DNA of 54,116 bases from a virus. Taxonomy: Duplodnaviria > Caudoviricetes. Positions 47,041-54,002 of the stretch are shown here, one piece after another. The notes under the pieces are model-generated. The model was given only the letters and a program-made list of their open reading frames with translations. It was not told the origin of the DNA and made no database searches. Both the position numbers and the translations under genes were made by a program. Each line of letters starts with the position of its first letter. The stretch's first letter is position 1. The stretch is taken from positions 1-54,116 of the IMG/VR virus record IMGVR_UViG_3300027898_000011; one strand, written 5' to 3'.

Positions 47041-47116
47041 TGGAGCCCGGGGCGGGACTTGAACCCGCAACCTGCGGTTTACAAAACCGCTACTCTGCCA
47101 TTGAGCTACCCAGGGC
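47041..47116 (-). tRNA. trnT: tRNA-Thr(TGT)
   Basis: GCGGT-TTTGTAA-ACCGC; GTTCAAGTC; CCA; one bulged nt in the acceptor stem. Confidence 0.9.
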
Positions 47117-47256
47117 GTATTCGGTCGGTTGCAAGTATGGACCCATGCAACCGGAGGCCCGACGAGCCCCTTGTCAAAAAGCGGGTTCAGAGGGGAACTG
47201 TGCAAACCTCTGAACCCAAAGACCGTATCCGCCCACACGCCGACACGGCCTAACTT

Positions 47257-47346
47257 TGGCGCACGGGGTTGTCGAAGTCCCGCCGCCTATCCCTCCCTCA
47301 CATATGGGGGAGGGACTACCCGGGTGGAGTCAGGCCCGGGTCGTGT
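47257..47346 (-). ncRNA. tRNA-like cloverleaf RNA ending in CCA, non-canonical arms
   Basis: CACG/CGTG closing stem, 7-bp and 8-bp hairpins, TTCGA loop, 3' GCCA. Confidence 0.55.
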
Positions 47347-47423
47347 TGGTGGCGGGAACCGGATTTGAACCGGTAACCAAGTCGTTATGAGCGACCCGCT
47401 CTGCCTGATTGAGCTATCCCGCG
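47347..47423 (-). tRNA. trnM: tRNA-Met(CAT), with a 1:72 mismatch as in initiator tRNA
   Basis: GTCG-CTCATAA-CGAC; GTTCAAATC; ACCA. Confidence 0.9.
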
Positions 47424-47429
47424 TTTATA

Positions 47430-47505
47430 TGGCTGGCAAGGTAGGACTCGAACCTACGATGGGCACATTAACAGTGTGCTGCTTTACCGACTAAGCTACT
47501 TGCCA
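47430..47505 (-). tRNA. trnN: tRNA-Asn(GTT)
   Basis: GCACA-CTGTTAA-TGTGC; GTTCGAGTC; GCCA. Confidence 0.93.
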
Positions 47506-47509
47506 AAGT

Positions 47510-47620
47510 TTAATCCGTCTCTCCGGATTGCCGCACCACTTTCATCCCTGGTAGGTGTCACCCCCTCTCTAGGCACGTTAGATCATATAAGACGGTTTAG
47601 TGCGTTTACAAGAGGGTCGG
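47510..47620 (-). ncRNA. candidate c4-antisense-like RNA
   Basis: 3' GGTGCGGCAATCC-GGAGAGAC-GGATT hairpin resembles the GTGACAGCC-GGAGAGAC-GGC end of c4/P4 CI-type RNAs (recalled, not searched). Confidence 0.5.
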
Positions 47621-47629
47621 CTAACTTTT

Positions 47630-47713
47630 TGGGGGGCAGGGAAAGAATTTGCACTTTCACAGTTTACCGGCGGTTTTACAGACCGTTGGGCTCACTCATG
47701 CCCAGCCTGCCCC
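47630..47713 (-). tRNA. trnY: atypical tRNA-Tyr(GTA)
   Basis: CGGT-CTGTAAA-ACCG anticodon arm, variable arm, CCA; T-loop TGCAAAT instead of TTCRAAT. Confidence 0.75.
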
Positions 47714-47744
47714 TTCAACACATATAGAGCGGTTGCGGTGTGCT

Positions 47745-47978
47745 TCAACCCCCGGCCTTGCAAGTTATTTCCGGCGTATAGACCGGGTTGACCAGAGGGT
47801 TCCAAGGATGCGGGGTATAAGGCACCGCAGGGGAAGGATTAGGCGGATAGACCGGCAGCGGGTTCGTAGGCGGCAAAAGAATAGGCATTGGATAAGGCTT
47901 ACTTGCCTTCAAACCAGCTTTGAAGCCTTTGTCGAAACCGGTGGAAAAACCACGCTCGTAATCTGTTTCGTCTGCCAT
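47745..47978 (-). CDS. Pro-rich hypothetical protein (YERGF..GF..GF repeat)
   Basis: ORF between the MTase and the tRNA array. Confidence 0.65.
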   Translation of the reverse strand: MADETDYERGFSTGFDKGFKAGLKASKPYPMPILLPPTNPLPVYPPNPSPAVPYTPHPWNPLVNPVYTPEITCKAGG

Positions 47979-47982
47979 GACT

Positions 47983-48552
47983 TTATAACCTACAAAAAAT
48001 AGTAACAACTCGGAACCGGTGGTTGGTGCTTTTTACCATGCCCACTACGCCTTCAATACGAAACGTATCCTTGCGGTACATCGGCAACACTTGATCCAGC
48101 CATACGACGTGAGCGCCGCTCTGCAAACGGCTTAAAGCCGCCATGACTTTGTTACGTTTCACCATAGTTGTTTGGTAGTGCTCGCAATCTTCTACGCTGT
48201 AAGGCGGATCGGCCAGCACCAGATCATAATTCTCTAGGGGCACCGCCAACAAGCTCTGGGCATCGTCAACGTAAGTAGCGCCTAGCTCGCCGTTAATGTC
48301 TACCGTATCGCCCGGCAGCACAGATTGATCTACCCGACCGCTAAACAAGTGCAGCACTGAGCTTTTGTCGGGAAAAAGCGCTTTTACCCGGCGAAGATAG
48401 CCCGCCGGGTAACCACCATAGTAGCCCGACTTAACCCGGTAATCTTGGCCCATAATCCACGTTCCGACGATCCGCCCGTCTTCTGAAACAAACAGAGAAC
48501 GCGGGTAGTCAGTTGTGGCAACATAGCTATCAACTCGATCTTGTAGGTTCAC
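47983..48552 (-). CDS. small SAM-dependent (N6-adenine type) methyltransferase
   Basis: Y.G.YP, VLHLFSG, VDIN, DLVLADPPY. Confidence 0.82.
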   Translation of the reverse strand: MNLQDRVDSYVATTDYPRSLFVSEDGRIVGTWIMGQDYRVKSGYYGGYPAGYLRRVKALFPDKSSVLHLFSGRVDQSVLPGDTVDINGELGATYVDDAQSLLAVPLENYDLVLADPPYSVEDCEHYQTTMVKRNKVMAALSRLQSGAHVVWLDQVLPMYRKDTFRIEGVVGMVKSTNHRFRVVTIFCRL

Positions 48553-48764
48553 GACGTTTCCTTTTTATAACGGCGATGCTCTTTCAGCAAAGCGGCAATC
48601 GCGGCTTCTTCGGTTTCCTCCATCTGCCGCCAATCTGTTAGCTTGTGATGCCACCGAAAGCCCGGGCCACGAGGATACAACTCGCCTACCAAACAAGGTC
48701 GCCCTTCGGCGTCTTCCTCGTATAGCAGCCAAAACGTATCTTCGTATTCTTCAAGCTTTATCAT
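48549..48764 (-). CDS. hypothetical protein
   Basis: ATGA/GTGA overlaps at both ends. Confidence 0.65.
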   Translation of the reverse strand: MIKLEEYEDTFWLLYEEDAEGRPCLVGELYPRGPGFRWHHKLTDWRQMEETEEAAIAALLKEHRRYKKETS

Positions 48765-51076
48765 ATAACTAACAATCCTCGACTCTCATAAGGCGACCGA
48801 ACCGGTCCGGTGTCCAAGGTGGCCCGGCCTACGCACATAATCAAGGCTACCGGACTATCGATTTTCTTACTTTCCTGTTCTTTTACCGGGTACACGTTGT
48901 CCTTGTTGTCCCGGCGCGACACCACGTTGCCAATTTGCCACGTCATAGGGTCCGAGGCACCGCAGTTATGGTGCAGCTTTCCGCCGATGATCCACGAGTC
49001 CAGCGTCTTCATAGGGTCCGACATGGTTTGAATCGTCTGGCGATACTCCACCATGTTGACGCCCTGCTCCATAAGGCGCGTGGCAACGTACGTGGCCTGG
49101 AACGGATCGTAGCAGCAATCCGCCACCGCAAACTTTTTACAGGCGTCCAGCACATCCTCTTCTATCCGGCTGTAGTCGATGATGTTGCCATCCGTTACGT
49201 CCAGCAAGCCCTCTTCGCGCCATTGCTGATAGTGCGCGTTTTTTGGGTCTTCTACTGTAAACTCTGGCAGATAAACCTTGCCGTAGCGAGCATAGTGACC
49301 GTCTCCGAGCGGGAACAGCATTTCCAGGGCGGCCAAGTCCACCTTGGAGGCCAAGTCAAGAGCGATCCAGCACCGCATACCACGCATAGACTCTAACGGT
49401 GGGGCTGCGGGACATTTAGCCCAAGACTCTACGTTGAAATAGGCTTGGCGGCTGTTAACCCACATATTCAGGTGCTTTGTCTTGAACCGGCCCTGGTCGC
49501 GCGGGTTGCGAATAGCCGCCTGCTGCATGTCAAGCAGGTATTCTTCACCCACCGACACACCCATGTTAGGGTTTGCTTTGCGTAGCGAAGCAGGATCGGC
49601 CCAATCGTCTGCCGGAAAGCTTACTTTAAGACCGGATTCGGTCCATTCTGCTGCCTGTGTTTTGCAAATATTCCAATGCCGCTCTGACGCCCTCTTCGCT
49701 ATCTCCAAGAAAGCCAATCGCCGCGTTGCACTGCCTGCAAAGCAGTCCCCTAACATTTCCTCCGCTGTGGCAGTGATCCACGCAAAGGTCTTTTTCCATT
49801 TTGCAGACGGGGCATCTTCCTTGACATTCCGAGTGTAACTTGTCGTATTGCTCAGAAGTAAGTCCGTATTTTCTAAGTCTGGCTCTTTCCCTAACGTATT
49901 CTCGATTGCCTTGCCTCCAACGCTCCGAATTGTTGTGTACGGCGTCTGGCTTCTCGTCGGCGTATTTTCGCCTAGCAAGTCTGAGATTTTCTTTTCGGGT
50001 CGGGCTTGTTCTAAGTAACTCTTTGTCGTAGCAATATTTGCAGAGTCCTTTGACCTTAGCGAGTCTGTCCGGGTGGTTGGGACAAGTGGGTTTGCCTTCG
50101 TCTGATTGCGCAGCGTGACAGCTTTTTCCTGACATATCTCTAACCAAGTGTCCTTTAGCCATTGCTCGTCTAACTGAGCACCATTGTCTACTAAAAATTT
50201 TAGCGCTTCTACCCCAGACAAATGAGCGTCGTAAGGCGCGGAGTCAAGCGTGTATATAAGGGCAAACGATCTTTCATCTTCTATAGCCCCAGACAAAACA
50301 TCTTGCATAACAAGTTGTTTGTTATAGCAAGGGCCTGCAAGATTATCACCAGCAGTAGTAATAATCCACAAAATAGGTTGGTCACGAGCGCCCATGCCTG
50401 TGATCATTGTGTCGTGGGCTTCAGAAGTATCGTGCTGGTGATACTCGTCAATCGCAGCAAAACTAGGGCTAGAACCATCCCCCGGCTTGCCAATAACAGG
50501 CTCAAACTTGCTGTTAGTTGCTGGTATGTTAATATTGCTAGCATTAACTCTTATGCCTTTGGCGGCCATCAAGTTAGGGCTATTGGCCACCATAGTTTTA
50601 GCGGGATTAAAAACTTCCCATGCTTGTTTTTCAGTGGTGGCGTTACAATAAATCTCTGCGCCGTTTTCGTTGTCGTATGCAAGCATGTAGACGCCAACAC
50701 CAGCAGTCAACAGAGACTTGCCATTTTTTCTCGGTATCAAAATGAAAACTTCGCGGAACCGTCGAAACCCGGTGCGCCGGTCCACCCAGCCAAACACCGA
50801 GCAAATAATGAACGCTTCCCAGGGTTCTAGGTGAATTAGCTCTTTGGACGCCGCCCACTTACCTTTGGTGTGAGGCAGTAGCTCCACCACCTTGCAGGGC
50901 CGCTCTGCCTTGACCGGATCAAACACCCAGCGAAAACCGCCTTGCTCTGCCCGCAGCATGTCGTTTTTATGCCGCTGGCAGGCAAGACGGACCCACCTGC
51001 AAGCGGGCTCTTTGCCGCTCAGCACGTCTTCTACATACTGAAACGCTTTGGTTACGTTAGGCGTTTTGTCGGTCAT
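48761..51076 (-). CDS. terL: terminase large subunit (Terminase_1 / HK97-type) with ~210-aa in-frame insertion
   Basis: PRKNGKS (Walker A), IDEYH (Walker B), ITTAG, KANPN.G, LDLAS..D, KID..VA. Confidence 0.95.
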   Translation of the reverse strand: MTDKTPNVTKAFQYVEDVLSGKEPACRWVRLACQRHKNDMLRAEQGGFRWVFDPVKAERPCKVVELLPHTKGKWAASKELIHLEPWEAFIICSVFGWVDRRTGFRRFREVFILIPRKNGKSLLTAGVGVYMLAYDNENGAEIYCNATTEKQAWEVFNPAKTMVANSPNLMAAKGIRVNASNINIPATNSKFEPVIGKPGDGSSPSFAAIDEYHQHDTSEAHDTMITGMGARDQPILWIITTAGDNLAGPCYNKQLVMQDVLSGAIEDERSFALIYTLDSAPYDAHLSGVEALKFLVDNGAQLDEQWLKDTWLEICQEKAVTLRNQTKANPLVPTTRTDSLRSKDSANIATTKSYLEQARPEKKISDLLGENTPTRSQTPYTTIRSVGGKAIENTLGKEPDLENTDLLLSNTTSYTRNVKEDAPSAKWKKTFAWITATAEEMLGDCFAGSATRRLAFLEIAKRASERHWNICKTQAAEWTESGLKVSFPADDWADPASLRKANPNMGVSVGEEYLLDMQQAAIRNPRDQGRFKTKHLNMWVNSRQAYFNVESWAKCPAAPPLESMRGMRCWIALDLASKVDLAALEMLFPLGDGHYARYGKVYLPEFTVEDPKNAHYQQWREEGLLDVTDGNIIDYSRIEEDVLDACKKFAVADCCYDPFQATYVATRLMEQGVNMVEYRQTIQTMSDPMKTLDSWIIGGKLHHNCGASDPMTWQIGNVVSRRDNKDNVYPVKEQESKKIDSPVALIMCVGRATLDTGPVRSPYESRGLLVI
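49626..50162 (-). CDS. endonuclease VII-family HNH (homing-type) endonuclease nested out of frame in terL
   Basis: GLC..CY; KYGLT.EQY..L...Q.G.C.VC; VDHCH..G.VRGLLC..CN...G...D; YL. Confidence 0.88.
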   Translation of the reverse strand: MAKGHLVRDMSGKSCHAAQSDEGKPTCPNHPDRLAKVKGLCKYCYDKELLRTSPTRKENLRLARRKYADEKPDAVHNNSERWRQGNREYVRERARLRKYGLTSEQYDKLHSECQGRCPVCKMEKDLCVDHCHSGGNVRGLLCRQCNAAIGFLGDSEEGVRAALEYLQNTGSRMDRIRS

Positions 51077-51390
51077 GCGCGGCGCTTAGGCGGCTCCGGT
51101 GGGGTTGGCGGCTCTTCAGGGCGCAACGATCTGATCGGCGTCAAGTGGCCAGGAACCTTGGTAGGGCTAGGGCCATAATGCTTCTCAATCGTCGCGTAGA
51201 GCGCTTTGCGGGCTTCCATTTCAGCCACCGACAAGACAGCGAAGCGAGTCTTAATCAGATGACCTTGTGGGTTCAGCGCGCCGTCTTTGTCGGCTAGATG
51301 ATTGCCGTGCTCGTCCACCCACTCGCGGTGCTCCACCGCGTCGTAAGCGCGCCACCAGACAACCAGCGCGTCTTCAATCTCAGCGTGCAT
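51073..51390 (-). CDS. hypothetical protein
   Basis: ATGA overlap with the terL start. Confidence 0.7.
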   Translation of the reverse strand: MHAEIEDALVVWWRAYDAVEHREWVDEHGNHLADKDGALNPQGHLIKTRFAVLSVAEMEARKALYATIEKHYGPSPTKVPGHLTPIRSLRPEEPPTPPEPPKRRA

Positions 51391-51823
51391 CGCCAAACGT
51401 CCCGGCTGCTTCGTAATTGCCATAAACCCATTGCTCTAGGTTGTTCACGCGATTGACGGTGCTGCTTACAACGTCACCGCAGTAGTCGGACCACCCGCAT
51501 AAACTTTCGATTTGCTCCGAATGGTCGTTAACAAGCGGGGCGAGCGTGCCAATACGATCCGTCAAAGCGATCACAAGACGTTCAAGATCGGCCACCCTGG
51601 CTTCTAGCTTGGCTTTATCCACAACATCGCTGTCGTAATCCATATCACTATCTCCAAGAAGGCGAGTTGCCCGCGCTTCCTCACGGACGCTAACCCAGCC
51701 TTTGTCCCACGCTCTATAAGAAGCCGCCTGGGTTTGCGCATCATAAGGGTTACTTTGAATTGAACAGTGGTTTGCAAAAGCCCATTCACCATCTTGGTAG
51801 GCTAAACTTTGTTTGACGTTCAT
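51380..51823 (-). CDS. protein with N-terminal RMF-like motif and coiled coil
   Basis: AYQDG..A.......NPY.......AW.KGW; AGGAG RBS. Confidence 0.7.
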   Translation of the reverse strand: MNVKQSLAYQDGEWAFANHCSIQSNPYDAQTQAASYRAWDKGWVSVREEARATRLLGDSDMDYDSDVVDKAKLEARVADLERLVIALTDRIGTLAPLVNDHSEQIESLCGWSDYCGDVVSSTVNRVNNLEQWVYGNYEAAGTFGDAR

Positions 51824-51824
51824 A

Positions 51825-52247
51825 TTAGACTCCTATGTTCTTTGGTTTGACGCAGGACGCAAGGAACCTGCGTATATCTGTCTCAGCCTCATCAAACGCC
51901 TTATAGGCGGCGTTGGTGGGTTCTAGGCTTGATTCTATCGTTTCAGCCGCTTCGGCCCACCGTAACAAGACTTCCATCAGCTTGCGCGAGCGCCCTGGTT
52001 TTGGCGTTCGGTATTGCACGCCCCGGGATATAAGCGGCGCATCGCCTGGGCGCACAGGATCGTCCAGCAGGGATTCCAGCACGTCATCCGCAACCGCGTA
52101 TAGGTTGGCGCTGGCTTTCGCTAACCCCGCTGTAGCCGCGTCTTTTCGTAGCTCTGCCGTCAAGCTCCCATCCGTCTTATTAGCGTCTCGCAACGCCTCA
52201 TACGCATTCAACCATAACGACAAAGCTACGCGAAGATCGGCGTTCAC
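51825..52247 (-). CDS. hypothetical helical protein
   Basis: GAGG RBS before GTG 52247. Confidence 0.65.
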   Translation of the reverse strand: MNADLRVALSLWLNAYEALRDANKTDGSLTAELRKDAATAGLAKASANLYAVADDVLESLLDDPVRPGDAPLISRGVQYRTPKPGRSRKLMEVLLRWAEAAETIESSLEPTNAAYKAFDEAETDIRRFLASCVKPKNIGV

Positions 52248-52402
52248 CCGTGATCCTCTCCCGAACCCGCAACATAAGCGAGAAGCGTTAGATACCAAAA
52301 GAACCCGGTGACGAGCAACCAAAAAGCTCCGTGGATCATAGTTCCTCTCCTATGCAGACTACTGCTATAACAATACATATAACAACAGTCATTAAAACTT
52401 GG

Positions 52403-52642
52403 TTAGTCAAAGGTCCAAGCGGCCCCAACGCAGCGCAAGAAAATGTAGGCCCAAAAACCCATAAAAGCGTCCACCATCCAAGCAAAAGGGTTACTAAAGC
52501 CAAACGACAAGCAAGCAAAAAACCCCGATCCAAAACACCCAAACAGAAAAAGAAACAGAAGGCTGACCAGCAGACGAAGGCGAAAACTTGGATTATGATT
52601 TTTGCGGGGTGTATGTGCGTATGTCATGTTATATATCCTCAA
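52403..52642 (-). CDS. hypothetical membrane protein
   Basis: Very hydrophobic ORF right after terS; start uncertain; overlapping alternative 52336..52542 is also hydrophobic. Confidence 0.45.
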   Translation of the reverse strand: MRIYNMTYAHTPRKNHNPSFRLRLLVSLLFLFLFGCFGSGFFACLSFGFSNPFAWMVDAFMGFWAYIFLRCVGAAWTFD

Positions 52643-53129
52643 ACTCGTTGTTAGCTTTCTTGTCCATTACTGCGGCAACGCGCATTCTGGCCGCAGGAGT
52701 AAGTCCAAACTGAGCCGCAAGCTGAGCAAAACGCCTGCTGGCATCAGCGGCCACACCGACAGCGGGGTGAACTTTATGCACGATTTCTTTGTTTCGGTTT
52801 TCGGAAGTGTAATAGATACCTCCGAGGTTGCGTATTTCCTGACGGGCATCGACAATTTCCGCGTAAGTTTCCACCAATTCCGTTAGCATAGGGCCGTCAG
52901 CTTCAGTCAACACGCCCATGTTATACAAAATGTCGGCAAAGGTGCCCCAAAGCTTTTGGGCGGTGGGCGACAAGTGCGCGAGACTTTCATCTAGGTCATT
53001 ATCAAGCGCTTTCAAGATGCAGTCAGGCTTTTTAGGGTCCAACTGCGGCTCGTACGGATTCATCCGGCAAGGCTGCACGGTTCCTTCCAGGCGCTTCAGC
53101 GCGGATGGCTTTTTAGGCGGACCCGGCAA
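52629..53129 (-). CDS. terS: terminase small subunit (P27/Terminase_4 family)
   Basis: PGP..KP..LK.L.G, HPAV, FGLTPAAR; AGGAG RBS. Confidence 0.93.
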   Translation of the reverse strand: MPGPPKKPSALKRLEGTVQPCRMNPYEPQLDPKKPDCILKALDNDLDESLAHLSPTAQKLWGTFADILYNMGVLTEADGPMLTELVETYAEIVDARQEIRNLGGIYYTSENRNKEIVHKVHPAVGVAADASRRFAQLAAQFGLTPAARMRVAAVMDKKANNEFEDI

Positions 53130-53291
53130 AATGACGCTCTCCTGCTTCGTACGCTTTATCGATATTAACAGCAGCGCGAGCTAGCCAATCGTGGCCCAAG
53201 AACATATTTCCGCGCGTCCGCGCAATCTCGAAACTTTGTTCAGCTATATTGGCGTGATAAACAGCATCGGCGTTATCATCACTGTGGTTCA

Positions 53292-53588
53292 TTAGGCCGC
53301 TCCTGATTCATTAAAAGCTTTGTCCGCTCCACAATCCCACGCTTTTTGCAGCGGGCTGGTTGCATCGTAAGGGCACACGGGAGGGGCAAAACAAAACCGC
53401 AAAGCGTCACGGTACGCCTTGTAACCTTCGTCAAACGCCTTACGTTCTGCGTCGGCTCTTGACGCTGCTTGCTTTGCCGACCGTTCGGTCTTGTAAGCCG
53501 AGCACCAGTTGCCGCCTTGATAGATAAGCGTTTTGCGTTGTTCTAAAGGTCGCATGTTAAAGCAATCATCTTGTATGTTGGTTAGCAT
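53292..53588 (-). CDS. protein with C-terminal RMF-like motif
   Basis: AFDEGY.AY.......CPY.......AW..G. Confidence 0.65.
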   Translation of the reverse strand: MLTNIQDDCFNMRPLEQRKTLIYQGGNWCSAYKTERSAKQAASRADAERKAFDEGYKAYRDALRFCFAPPVCPYDATSPLQKAWDCGADKAFNESGAA

Positions 53589-54002
53589 ATAGTCCGTTTT
53601 CGGTGGGTTTCAATGGCGAATTTAGAAAAAGCGCAAAATATAACGTTTGTCACGCACAACCAGGCACACTGTTGCAAATATGTCACAGTTAACGGGCAAC
53701 TTGCACGCGGCAAAATTTGACCCAACACCGGTTGCTCGGTTACAGCTATGCGTCAGGCGAAACCCCACCCCTCCATCCATGCGCCAGACGCGGGGCTTGC
53801 CTACCTGCGGTTGCAATTTACAACCTGCGGTTGCCGTAGGCTCTGCACCGCAGAGTCATCTGGCATGGTTATTGATTCGTTGCGTGGCACGCGCCTTGCA
53901 TTGGCATGACCGATTGGTCAGCGTAATAGAAACTTATTCGATTATGCAGGCGGTATGATGTGCTGCGTTAGTGAACAATGGTAAGTTAACCGCGTTAAGG
54001 CT

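Noticed and set aside
47117-47346. Two-piece tmRNA
   Set aside because: No Ala acceptor (G3:U70, ACCA) or tag reading frame
46610-47791. Short ORFs overlapping the tRNA array
   Set aside because: Coincide with tRNA/ncRNA genes; spurious
49610-50242. terL insertion as a classical intein or group I intron
   Set aside because: No C-terminal HN plus C/S/T junction; the nuclease is out of frame; too little non-coding flank for a ribozyme core (not excluded without a covariance search)
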